NCBI GenBank assembly: GCA_964016885.1
Contig: OZ024744.1
Span: 87,482,001 to 87,546,000 of the forward strand
Direction: 5' to 3'
Length of the DNA: 64,000 nucleotides
From: Eledone cirrhosa
Lineage: Eukaryota
The position numbers and the translations under genes were made by a program. The notes beneath the pieces are model-generated. The model was given only the letters and a program-made list of their open reading frames with translations, searched no databases and was not told the DNA's origin. Below, piece after piece: positions 11,111 to 24,289 of the stretch; the first letter of the stretch is position 1, and every line of letters begins with the position of its first letter.

Positions 11111-11306
11111 TATATATATATATATATGTAGGGGGTATGTGTGCGTGTGTGTACATGCGTGTAAGTGTGTGTTGTGTGTATATGCGTGTTTGTATTGTGT
11201 GTATTTTTTATATAAACGTTTCACCACCATTACGGGTAGCCACAGCAAATACTCCCCTTCACACACACACACAGATATATATATTTATATATATTCATGT
11301 ATATAT

Positions 11307-11350
<44 letters not shown>

Positions 11351-11749
11351 CAGGATGGATTCAGTTTGAAAATGGTTAGACAATTACTCAACAGAGTACT
11401 CGATACTTGGCGTCGTAGAGTATAGTTACATTATAAGGTGTCGTGAACAAGATGGCAGAATTCTTGCCGTTTCAACAGCTTGTTCCAGTGTCTAAATATA
11501 TACTGGCGCTCGAGTATAGCTATTGCTTGAAACTTACAACACGGTTCTACATATATGTAGCACGGATGTAACTTTTTATGCCATCCGCATGTACCATCAA
11601 CCTTTTTTACATATCTCCTTTCGTGAATCTGTAATTCAATTTTGCAGAGACAGACTGTGCTTGATCTCACACACTTCGTGGCAATTCTACTTTCAAGCTT
11701 TATTTTACATCCCTTTTTAACCTTTCGTTATTTCTTCGGTGAATTTTCT

Positions 11750-12055
11750 TTACGGTTTGAGTTCAAATCCCGCAGAGATTAACTTTGCCTTTCATCCTTA
11801 CGGGGTCGATAAAATAAAGTACCAGTAATGCACTGGGATAATTGCTGTCCTTGTGCCAAAAGTAGAAACAATTATTTCTTCGGTGAATTGGCAGTATCGG
11901 TAGAGGGTTGGACGCCATGCTTTCTAGCATAACATTACGCCCCTTTATGGTCTGAGTTCAAATCCCGCCATGGTTAACTTTGTCGATAAAATAAAGTACC
12001 AGTAATATACTGTGATAATTGCTGACCTTGTGCCAATAGTTGAAACAATTATTTC
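11750..12055 (+). mobile_element. Two tandem SINE family A copies (first 5'-truncated)
   Basis: B-box gagttcaaatcc twice, plus the shared tail. Confidence 0.88.
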
Positions 12056-12069
12056 TTCGAGACGTTTCA

Positions 12070-12720
12070 AAGTGTACTTTCCCTTCAAATACAGCATCTC
12101 TCCACATATTTAGATCATTGGCAACTTGTTCTTAGTCTCCATCGGATATACCGGCTTTCATTAAAGATCTTTCACACAGTCGTTGGACCTCATCTTAGGT
12201 TTTCCAATAATCAGCTCACTATAAATGATTGTTAGGGCAGCCTACAATCCACCATTCTCCCCACATGTCCCACTTATCGGAGATAATCGACACAATAGTC
12301 TGATAGTGACTTTTTCAAGGACCTCAACATCATTCACATACAAACTATTGTGTAGACCCAATGTGTTCGCCAAAGTCACTGCTGGTGAAAGGCGCTTCAG
12401 TTGTTTTACATACTTCCGGTAAGTAACCCAGGTTTCATAAGAATACACCAGAGATGACAATACACATTCACATAAATGTTAACATTAATATCAATATAGT
12501 TAGCTCGCTGGGACCATAGTCACTTTTCCAACTTTCAGAAGGCATCACTTGCTTTGCTGGTTCTTGATACTATTTCATTGTCACGGATGCACGGCACACT
12601 TAAAGGACTGCCAAGATACTCAAACCTGTCCACCACCCTTAGTTTCTGATCATACACTCTTATTTCCGGTTCTATGTATGATTTTCCCGGTGCTGGCTGG
12701 TGCATAGGCATAATGTTCTT
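12070..12720 (-). pseudogene. Decayed RTE-clade LINE, RT C-terminal fragment
   Basis: VVDRFEYLGSPLS...NEIVSRTSKASDAF and LVYSYETW motifs. Confidence 0.75.
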
Positions 12721-12774
12721 CAAGCTAGTCCTTAAAGCATGCGCAAGGAGTCCATTAAGTGCCGAATAACTTCC

Positions 12775-12886
<112 letters not shown>

Positions 12887-12934
12887 TGTATGTATATATA
12901 TAAATATATACATACAGACATAGATGTATGTATG

Positions 12935-12973
<39 letters not shown>

Positions 12974-13464
12974 ATTTGTGTGTGTTTGTGTGTGTGTTTA
13001 TATATACATATATAAGTCTCGGTTATATTTATACACACATTGATGCGGTCTTGGTTACCCATTCTGTATGTATATAAATATAAATATATCGCATACTTTG
13101 GCTGCTAGCACACGTCTATACTATAACTTTATTACCTAACAACACGAACACTAATTATATGCAAATTAGTACATCCATTTCAGAATAATACTAAGACCCG
13201 CATGCATATATAAGGCCATGAAATACGTGTTTCCTTCTGGTTGTTTGGTTGATATACACGCCTTCTGATGAGCGCCTAAGTAGGTCCAAAAATCGATTAA
13301 ATTTATATCTTCTTTTCAATTTACAGTGAAATTCGTATTTTCTGGCACGTTTACATGTCTAAATATTAAAAGAAAATTGTATATTTATATACCATACATT
13401 CGCTCTCTCTCAGTTGCACCCTGTACATGTATACACACACACACACATTCACATACACATGTAT

Positions 13465-13557
<93 letters not shown>

Positions 13558-13638
13558 AGATATTTAATATTCCAGGGATAACTTGAAACGTTAAGGTATA
13601 TCATCGTTGGTCATGTCAAATATTTATAAAACAATTTG

Positions 13639-13705
13639 TATTTTATCTGATGATAGCGTACCAAACTTTTGGTACCCTTGACATTTTTTTTTACAGATTA
13701 AATAT
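13639..13705 (+). ncRNA. Decayed type I hammerhead (same pLTR family as 5805 and 62269)
   Basis: tattttat-CTGATGA-...gtaccaa/ttggtac...-GACA, with the shared downstream atatggttttataaatatagtttccattt. Confidence 0.5.
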
Positions 13706-13743
13706 GGTTTTATAAATATAGTTTCCATTTATTTAATATCAAT

Positions 13744-13846
<103 letters not shown>

Positions 13847-14278
13847 AGAGACAAAGAGAGGGAGAGCGAGAGAGAGACTGGCCTTTTGATTATCAACATC
13901 TAATGCAGATACATCGCAGATACATCGCAGATACATCTCAATAAAAATATATAGCGGTGCCTCGCATATGGATTACATATGGATTAACTAATGTGCAATC
14001 TGAAGACGGCTTGTCACGGGTTGCGTCATGGTATCATAACGTAAACATCCCCCCACCCACCCCCACCCGATATAAGTATGATGCGTCTAATGTAATAAAA
14101 AGGTTATAAAATCTAGCCTTCGTATTGTAATATTAATGTCTATAACTCCGTTCTACGCTACCCTTATCAACATTTGTAGAATACACATGTCGTCGTGTGG
14201 TCTTTCCTAATAACACCGTAGTTTTCCTGATTTAGGGCGACACAATCACAGCCCCGACTGCCAATTAGGAAACACGCT

Positions 14279-14336
<58 letters not shown>

Positions 14337-14345
14337 CTATATATC

Positions 14346-14379
<34 letters not shown>

Positions 14380-14485
14380 TAGAGGGGGGGAGGAGAAAGC
14401 CTTCATCGGCTAGATACAGGACATCTAAAAGCAATTAGCGGCGCGCCCAAGGCTTTTTATCGACCAATACAAGGCCTTGGGCGCG

Positions 14486-14560
14486 CCGCTGATCGCTTTT
14501 AGGTGTCCTGTAATAAGCGCCGAAACTTCTATGATCTGCGGTTTACAGCTGATGAATGTT
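14486..14560 (+). ncRNA. Permuted-order hammerhead candidate, family 3, GUC site
   Basis: ccgctgatcg-ctttt-aggtGT-C-ctgtaa-taagcgcc-GAAA-cttct-a-tgatctgcgg-t-ttacag-CTGATGA. Stem I ctgtaa/ttacag is perfect. Confidence 0.7.
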
Positions 14561-15539
14561 TTCTTGTTTCGTACATCTTAAACTTTGTTTACAGTAACAA
14601 CACAGCTCATTTCGTTTCTTATAATTTTGTGCATATATATATATATATAAACAAAATTAACTCGAATATCGAGTTTTGAAACGCGAATGTATTAGAATAC
14701 GTAGGAAAATGGAAAAACTCATATACATACAGTATGGGCTGCAATTAGTGGGGCGGCCCATTTCCTATCTCAATGATGACGTACTCGTGTTAATACGAAC
14801 AAGCAGCATTTCTAACATTCAATGTAACTATATAATCTTACACAAATTTCCAATGTATTACTTTTGTAATAAAGTTTATTGCCACACTGGTTTCGTTCTT
14901 ATTTACTGGTTTCGTTCTTATTTACATTTCTTAAAAGGAAAGTAATTATATGCCACACCCCTACTATAGTTCTTCATCAGACCTCTTTGGGGAACAAACA
15001 TTTTTGATCGTCCTTTTTTTCTTTTTTTTCCTTTGAACTTCATTTGAGTTAATTGGATTCATTAGGGAAAAAATCAAATTTTAATTGATAATTAATTACA
15101 GTAGCATACCCCGTATATACACATACAGACATACGACTATACACATTCACATATATACGACCAGAGTATTGTAATAATATATATATATATATATATCTTC
15201 ATATGTCTGGCTATTATAAGCAATATGTGTTGTTATACACTTGCATATACTTACACACATACACACATACACACAAACCATACATGCATACATGTATATA
15301 TGCTTATATAGATTCGTGCATGCATTCATTCAGGAAAACGAACACAAACATGTGAGCGTACACCACGTATATGCATGCTTGCGTACAAACATGCAAAAAT
15401 ACATAGTTGCATGTAGATCCAGACAAAACAGTAATAAACAATGCATCCGTGGATTTACAAATCGGAAAATGATCGTTTATCTGCTGAAAACCATTACGTA
15501 AGGGATGATAATATCTAACGCAAATAAATAGCTTCACTT

Positions 15540-16690
15540 CTCACCAATAAACAGCAGAGAGTAACCGAAAGAAACAAAACAAGAGATCCAGTTGAATCTA
15601 ATAGATACTGTACAGAATAATGAGGATAGTGCCATTAAGAACCCTAGGTACTCCTATTTAGAAAGATACAGTCCCATGCTGTAGGAAAATTTTATGTATG
15701 AGAAAAATGTATTTAACATAGATATTGTATGGTTAGAAGCAATCCAGAAAAAAATTGTGCTGTTTCTACTCAAAACAAAGAATCTAGCATCAGTGTCATG
15801 TCTTTGTCATTTTGGGTAGAATCAAACGTAGAGATTTTTTATTTTCGGATACTGGTACAACAAATTCTACCTTCTGGTAATGGTCTACATCACCAGTAAG
15901 TTTATAGAGTTGATATATATATATATCAAAGTTTGGTTCGTGTTGGCATAAACAAATTTGATAAAAGGGAAAGAAAGCCACTCACAAGGCAAAGAACTGT
16001 TGTTTAATCGCATTTCACAATTCAATGTATACAACATGCTTGAGCCGCTTCCTATAGTATCACTTTTTACCACTAGCGAATGTTAGAAGCATATCAACTT
16101 GATGAAATTTGCGAGTTCATAATGAAATCTATAGATAATCTGACTTCGTCTTATATCACCATCATAATATTAAACATAGGACATGAATGGATTGATTCTA
16201 TTAAGATAAAATATCACAGGAATCTATTTCACTGAGAGGTTCCATATAAAAACATGGGGAGTGAATCACATTGTTTTTGAGAAGAAATCTATATGCATAC
16301 CATTAGCTCACAAGTGGACAGAATCACTAACCTAGTATCTAGTTTATCTGTGGACAACCTGAAAGTATATGCAAAACATAAAACAAAAAAAAAAACATCT
16401 TTGACTTATTTATGACAATTCCAAAGGATCCAGAGATTTTATTTGAACAAAATATATGTTGTTCTATGATTCTGAACGGACAGAAATCTACAAGCCAATC
16501 TAACAATACCTGTATACGTTTTCTAAGTATATTTCCGCTATTCGATGTAGAATATTACAGATACCTAGGTATAACTGAAAATATATCTTACGACAGAACT
16601 CACAAGAAGGAACTCGTAGCTAAACCAACACAATATCTATGTAAAAATATGATTCTCAAAACTCACTGCATACAATAAATCAGTACTTTA
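15540..16690 (+). pseudogene. Highly decayed R4/Dong-like LINE RT fragment
   Basis: VDNLKVYAK at ~16350 (compare MDDLKLFAK in the intact copy) and YRYLGI at ~16556. Confidence 0.5.
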
Positions 16691-16691
16691 A

Positions 16692-18600
16692 TTGTACTTG
16701 TGTCAACTTTCCCCCTGGACGGGTTGAGCCGGCTTCTTCCCTTGTCCTGACGTCATCCCGAACCATGGCAGCCCACGCACGACGGTCCTGGGCTAGGTCA
16801 CTGGAGATAGCGAGCCAGTCACAGTTCCATCAGCGCAGGCCGACCACCTGCCGACCTGAGAGTTCGGAGAGGTCCTCCTTGATCGTCGTTGCCCAGTTCT
16901 TCAGCTGCCCGCAAACGTGCTTGCGCCAGTTAGGGAGTAGAGGTGGGAGGAGAACATCGCAGATCAGCTCACTCTCAGGGCACCGGGCTGCGTGACCAAA
17001 CCATCTCAAACGCCGTTGCAGAAGCACTGAAGGAAGGGGTCGAAGATTCAGGCGAAGACGAAGTCTGGTGGTAGGTACCCGATCAACGCGTCGGCAGCGA
17101 AGAATGTGGCGGATACAGTTATTGTCGAAGACCTCCAGCCCTCATAGATCGACTACCCTCATAGGCCATGTTTCACAGCCATAGAGGAGGATAGTGTGAA
17201 CGACGGCCTGGTAGATTCGCCCTATGGTCACCGAGGTGATTTCTCTTCTGTCCCACAGACACCGCTGGAGGCGCCCAAAAGCGGATCTGGCAGCACCTAT
17301 GCAACGCTTGACCTCAGCTGCGCCCTGTCTCGTTGGAACCACTGTTGAGCCCAGGTAAACAAAGGACTCCACAACCTCCAGGTCCACGCTCTGGAGAGAT
17401 ATTGGCTGCGAGGCATCAGGCGAGACCAGTGACGTCATGACCTTCGAATTGGCGGCATTGAATCATAGACCAACAGCGGCGGCTGCAGTGTGCACCCTCT
17501 CGAGCACCCTTCACATCTGTCCCGTTAGTGCCCATCAGCACGATGTCATCCGCGTAGGCCAGGTCCGTCACCACGACCCCTCTCCCGACCTCTACGCCCG
17601 GGTAATCCCGGAACGCCGTGTTGAGAGTATAGTCAATGGCGTAGTTAAAGAGAGTTGGGGATAGCGCACACCCCTGCCAAACACCGGTCCCAACATCGAA
17701 TGACTCCGTCTCCCCACAATAGACCATCACTCGAGCCCGAGTCGACCGGTAGTAACCCTGTATGAGACGGGGGATGCCGTCCGCCTGCATTATGCGCCAT
17801 AGGGCTTCCCGATCTACCGAGTCGAAGGCAGCTGCAAAGTCGATGAAGCAGAGGGCGGTAGGCTACTGATGTGCCCACTGTGGGTTCCAGGACACGCCGG
17901 AGAATGAAGATTTGATCAACGCACCCCTCCCCGGACGGAAGCCGCCTTGAGAAGGACGGGCACGGACATCACGGATGGCCTGGAACCTCTTTAGCAGAAT
18001 AATTGCGAAAATTTTGGCAGCAACGTCAATTAAACTGATACCCCTATAATTGGGACACAGTTTCATGTCGCCTTTTTTGAAGAAGGGCAGGAGAGTTGCC
18101 TCGTTCCAGTCACCAGGGAACCGCTCCGTCGACCACACAGAGGAGAAGACTCGATGGACCCCTGCTACGAAGACATCAGGCTCGGCCTTGTAGACCTCAG
18201 CTGCAACGCCATCTTCGCCTTGTTGTTCCGAAGATGTGTCAGGACACTACGTACCTCCTCGACCATTGGAGGGGCAGTGCTGCACCCGTATTCTTCTCCA
18301 GAAGGCTGCACGTAGGTTGGCGTGGGTGGTGGCAGGTGGTTGAGCAGCTCGGAGAAATGGTCCCGCCATCGGACTAGCCAGTCATTAAGATTGGTAATGA
18401 CCGCCCCGTTCCGATCACAGATCGTCTCGCTGATACCCGTACTGCTTCACCAGTTGGTAGAGCTTGCGCGAGTCACCACAGGCTGATGCCCTCTCCATCT
18501 GCTCCGCAAATTTGCGCCAGTGTGCATTCCGATCGGCCCGAATAGCCCGAGATGTGCGACATCGGAGATCTCGAAGATTGGGTGCACCCTCGAGTCGGGG
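16692..18600 (-). mobile_element. RTE-clade LINE, 5'-truncated and frameshifted
   Basis: KKGD..CPNYRGISL, QGGFRPGRG, FIDFAAAFDSVDR, GVWQGCALSPTLF, LAYADD, LLYGCETW and LRWFGHAAR. Much higher GC than the flanks. Confidence 0.95.
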
Positions 18601-18654
18601 CCACTCTACAATAAATCAGTAGCCAACAATGCGTTTTCCATGCTGCACTCATAC

Positions 18655-18693
18655 TAACGACGAAGGATAAACATCCAGAAACAGCTGTCTGGC
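18655..18693 (+). ncRNA. Decayed type I hammerhead relic
   Basis: CTAACGA...ggat-aaac-atcc-a-GAAA-cagctg-TC (palindromic stem III). Stem I is not evident. Confidence 0.4.
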
Positions 18694-18854
18694 ATTCTCA
18701 CTGCTACCGGGATAGATGTACTATGACCACAGTTTTAAAACTCCCGTATGTTTTTTATACATAAACATATAATATGCTTTCGTGATGAACCACGGTATGT
18801 TAGTGGTACTTCTAATTACAAATATATGTATATGTGTGTGTGTGAGTGTGTGTA

Positions 18855-18905
<51 letters not shown>

Positions 18906-19089
18906 GAAAATGTTTGACCCCGACGGCAGAGCTCAGGCGGTTTCGACGGCTATAGTATCTAGTAATCCGGGCGATTTCTCTACAAGGAATTAGGTACTAC
19001 CTCATTTTGTAGTTGAATGAAATATATGTAAATCAATTAAATCATTTATTAATGTATTGAACGTTGGTGATTATTATTTTTTCACACAT

Positions 19090-19127
<38 letters not shown>

Positions 19128-19139
19128 GTATGTATATAT

Positions 19140-21055
19140 ATATAGTTCAAAATGGAACGGGAGAGGCAGTACGAACAAAGGTTTATTAGTTTCACGCTCT
19201 TGAGAGTGGGGGGCGGACGACGTTTCGGGCATAATCCCTTCTTCAGGCGAAAAGTGGGTGGGAAGAGAGTTCCGAGGGTGTGTAGCGGAGTGGGGGAGAG
19301 ACATTTAGAAAAAAGGGTGGAGGGGCGGTGGAAGGGGTACAAATAAAAAATAAAAAAATAAAAATAAAAATAAACATGAAGATAAACAAGTGGTGGAAGG
19401 ATATGGGGCGTGTAGGAGTGGTGGCGGGTGGAGTAGGGAGAGGGAGGCGGGGTGTCCGAGCGGGGAGGGCTGAAGGTGGTGTATGTGTGTAGGTGTACGT
19501 GTGTGTGTGTGTGTGTATGTGAATGTGGAAGTTGGGGGAAGAACGAGGTTCCATGTTCAGGAAAAGGTGTATGTGTGGGGTGGGGTGTAGGTCAGTGTGT
19601 GTGTGTGCGTGTGGATGGGGAAGGGTCAGAGTGGTGGGGTAGTGTGGAGAGGTTTCCGAAGGCTGAGTGTGTATATATGTGGGGGTACGCACGCGTGTGT
19701 GGTGTTTATACGTTTTGTGGATGTAGGTGGCGTGGTTCGAAAATAATTTTTTTGAGTGTATGTCTGTGGGTGAATTCCTAAGGTAGTTCCGTAGAGGGTG
19801 TGAAGAGTTGCCGGATATTTTCCATGTGATGGAGTAGATTGTGGGAACGATGGCCAGTGGTGTGTAATCCGTGCTTGTGTTAGTCGGAAGAGGGGAGATG
19901 TGGGGTGCGCGCGCACAGGAAGTGGTGACAGGATCAAGGCAGGATGAGGGTAGAGGAGAATGACAGGTGGACAGAGCTGTGTGTCTGTGTGTGCGGAGAA
20001 GTGGTCAGAGGGTCAAGGCATAGCAGCAGTAGAGGAGAATGGCGGGTGGAGAAAGTCAGTGGGTCAGTGTGTGCGGAGGTGCGGTGGACTGGGGAGAGGA
20101 TGGGTAGGTGTGAAAGGTGGAGTGGGGATGGTGTCATGCGGGGTGATGGGGTGTGAATTAGTAGAGGTGTTAGTGGGATGTGTGTGTGGGTAGAGCGGGG
20201 AGAGGGAGAGAAAAGGTGTGGGACGGTGGAGGGAGTGCAGTGTACTGGTGTGTGCATATTTGGATGAGTGTGTGTGTGTGGTGAAAGGGGTGTTAGTATA
20301 CTGGTGGTGGGGAAAGGGTTGAATGCGGGTGTGTTAGTGGGGGTCAGTGGTGGTAGGGTGTGTAGAGTGGGTGGTGTAAGTGGGTGTGGGTGGGTGGGTG
20401 TGTTCGTGTGCGTGGGGTCGGGGGGATGTTAGTGGTATTAGTTGTGGGGTGCTGGGAGCTGGTGTATGGGTGAGGGTTAGTGATGGTAGTAGGGTGTGTG
20501 GATAGTGTGAGTGCGTGTATATATGTACCTGTGTGTTTGTGCGTGATAGGGGGAGGGGTGGGGATGTTAGTATTGTTAGTTGGGGGAGAGTGGTCAGGGG
20601 TGGGGGTGTTAGTATTGTTAGTTGTGGGGTGGGCCAAGGGGGTGGGCGGTGAAAAGGAGGAGTGTGTTAGTGGGGTTAGTGGGGGATATGTGTGTGTGTG
20701 GGGGGGGGGGGGGGAACCGGGCGGTCGAAGGCTAACTGAATAGGGGTGGGGAGTTCAGGCCGGGGGGAGTTTGGGTCTGTAAGGTGAAGATGGTGCGTTG
20801 TTCGACGCTGAGGCGGGTGGCGGGTGTTCCGTAGCATTGGAGTGGGCCACAGACTGTGAGGTGGTGCGCGGAATGTCCAGGGGAGCCAAAGTGGCGGGCG
20901 ATGGGGGAACTCCCGCCGAGACGAATGTCCCGGAGGTGTTCGGTGAAACGGTCCGCCCGGAGGCGTGCATTTTGACCGACGTAGGTTTCGGTGCACTCCG
21001 TGCAGCGAAGTCCATAGACTAGGTTGGAGGAGGTGCAGCGGAAGGCGCACCGGAC
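19140..21055 (-). mobile_element. Penelope-like element 3' portion: GIY-YIG endonuclease C-terminus (20735-21050), C-rich low-complexity 3' region and HHR
   Basis: FRCTSSNLVYGLRCTECTETYVGQ...RFTEH...PIARHF...EQRTIFTLQTQTPPGLN. Confidence 0.9.
19215..19249 (-). ncRNA. Minimal Penelope-type hammerhead in the 3' region of a GIY-YIG element
   Basis: Minus strand reads gc-CTGAAGA-aggg-attatg-ccc-GAAAC-GTC-gt, with AATAAA downstream. Stem I is weak. Confidence 0.7.
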
Positions 21056-21253
21056 AGAGAGAGAGAGAGAGAGAGAGTGGCCGTTGGGACCCTGGAAGGT
21101 GGTGGTGTTGGTGATGTGGGGGCCGGTGTTGCAACGAGATCTGGAACAGGGAAGGTTCGTTTTAATCATTTTCAAACCCAGAAAAAAGAGAGATATAAAT
21201 AAAAAGGGAAAAAAAAAAATGTTTCTTCCTAATAATCGTCTCTTTCTCCCTCT

Positions 21254-21545
<292 letters not shown>

Positions 21546-21857
21546 ATTTTTAACTCTGATACTGGTTCAGTCTAGTTCAACTGAATTGGTCTGTCCCGGT
21601 CATTCATTGAGCAACATCGGTGAAGTTGGCACCCTTAACTCACAGTTGGGTGCGGATGCATTCATGTATATATGTGTGTGTCCGCATGTATCTGTGTGTT
21701 TCTAAATATATATATATATATATGTAGATAAATCTACCAAGAGTTTACGGTAGTGTCCAATCCGTATGAAGAACTCAATGTAATCCGGATATGATGGAAA
21801 GAAGAGATGCAATGAAAAATCACTTTCGGTGAAAGATAAACGGAAAACAGAGTCAAG

Positions 21858-21983
21858 ATAAAATATTAAAAAAATAATGAATAAAACAATGAAACAGTTC
21901 CTTATATTAAAAATAATGAACTTTTTTGTTTAATATAAGGAACTGTTTCATTGTTTTATTCATTATTTTTTTAATATTTTATA
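21858..21983. repeat. Fold-back inverted repeat (~53-bp arms)
   Basis: Direct reading of complementary arms around a ~17-nt loop. Confidence 0.9.
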
Positions 21984-22011
21984 TATATATATATATATAT
22001 GTTTGATGTTT

Positions 22012-22050
<39 letters not shown>

Positions 22051-22340
22051 TCATCATCATCATCATTTCATTTTACGTCCGCTTTTTCCCTGCTTGCAAG
22101 GGTGGGACGGGAACTGATTCTGGCTTGATTTCTACAGCTGGATGCCCTTCCTAACACCAACCTCATTTACAGTGAGTGCTGGGTGCTTTTTTGTCGTGGC
22201 ACCTGCACGACCACTTTGCAGTGGAATGATAGGGACTCCAGTCCCTATCATCTCATTTCTACAGCTGAGTAAACTGGAGCAATGTGAAATAAAGTGCCTT
22301 GCTCAAGGAAACAACACATCACCTGGTCTGAGAATTGAAG

Positions 22341-22482
<142 letters not shown>

Positions 22483-22483
22483 T

Positions 22484-22602
22484 GAAGGCGTGTGGCTGAG
22501 TGGTTAGAGAATTGGATTCGCAATCGTAAGGTTGTGAGTTCGATTCCTGGACCAGGCGATGCATTATGTCCTTGAGCAAGACACTTTATTTCACGTTGCT
22601 CC
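22484..22602 (+). mobile_element. tRNA-derived SINE, family B (5' part); a minus-strand fragment lies at ~22250-22340
   Basis: A-box tggctgagtgg, B-box gagttcgattcc, then tgtccttgagcaagacacttt. Confidence 0.85.
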
Positions 22603-24289
22603 TTCTACCTGGAGTTGCGACCGATAGATAGTATTAGCAATTGGAAAGACCAACGGAAACATTGTTCCCTCGGTCCGATTCGACGAAAGTCGATCGTCTT
22701 CCTATACATATAGAGAGAATGGAAAACGAAAAATAAGTGATGCATCGGAAATCAATGTATTGTGTGTTACAATTATTTCCCCAGTGAACAGCTCGAGGTG
22801 CGATCTGTGTGTGAATCTACCTGACTCTAGACTCGCAGGTTCCTCGGACACGTCTATTGATTTCGGAGCACATCTTCTTTCTGGGGTTTCTGACCCTACG
22901 AGTCTATATCGTCCACCTTCATCCACTTTGCGCATCCTTGGGTTGGTCACTGATTAATGACGTCATTATTATTCTGACCACTGGTAGCAGCCCGCTGGCA
23001 ATCAGGGCGTGAGCTGTCACTCACCTACTGTCCCGTCAGCAAAATTACTGCTGTGTACCAGCTCACACTCCCCCCCCCCCACCTCACCCCCCCCCCCACA
23101 CACACACAAGCACAGAGATACGGACAGATACATACAGAGTAGCTTGTGCGCTTACGTTCACACATGTACGCCCAGAAGCATACACACATATCCATGTATA
23201 CACACACACATAAATAGTCACACAAATATACGCATACATGCACACAGAGCGCCACACACACACACGTGCACATTCGTACATATACATACACGCACAGATA
23301 TATATATACATACATACAGATACATGCACACATACGCACACATGCACATATATATGTATATATATATATATACACACATACATCCACATGTACATATACA
23401 CACCTTTCCCATACGCCCACACACACGTAAACGCACACACATCTACACACATGTAATATATACATACACACACACACATATATATATATACATGCCTTTA
23501 TATATTTTTTCCTCCATACGTGTGCATACACACACGCACACACACTAGCACATATATTCTTACACATATGTATATATGTATATACATACTTCTACATACA
23601 CATAAAACATATGTAAAAAATACATATAAGAAAGGCATATAAAGATACACATTGGGCTGTACATGCAAAACTGCACCTTGATGTACGTGCTGACAGAATT
23701 GATATTATATTGCCAACGTGGATTAATCCACGTATAGACATCTCGACCAAGGCTACATATGGGGAGTACATGGTATTAATGTAAAAGGTATGCCCAGACA
23801 CTATATAGAAAATGCATGCAGGATATATTAAAAAAATGTATACAGAATATATAAAAAAATACATATATCTGAATTATATAAGAAATGTATACAACGATAC
23901 ACATTGCTTTGTACATGGAAAAATAAATGGGATACTACATAATGGATAGCGTGGAGAATATGCACATACCACTGAAAAGATACACATGCAGGGAGTGCGT
24001 GAACAGGCCATAATAGAGCATGTCTCTGTGGGTGAGGTAGAGTGCCTTATTGATGTATGGTACGGGACTGAATATCCGTGGAAGTTGAGCCACGGTGTCC
24101 CGGCTCATGCGATGTCGTTGCCTAGGATGACGTGCCGAGTCCGATAGGCAGCATAGGTTTTGTCGACTGACCCCACAGGGCATACAAGGTATGGTGTCTG
24201 ATCCCTTAGACACGCGCCGCCGCACGGACCGGCGTTCGCTTCCTCGGATGCCTTTCGCTTGGGCTGTCTCGTTGTGTCCATGCGGAGAA

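Noticed and set aside
22944-22980. tggtca-CTGATTA...tgacca hammerhead relic
   Set aside because: The core is altered and GAAA is absent; it cannot be told from chance.
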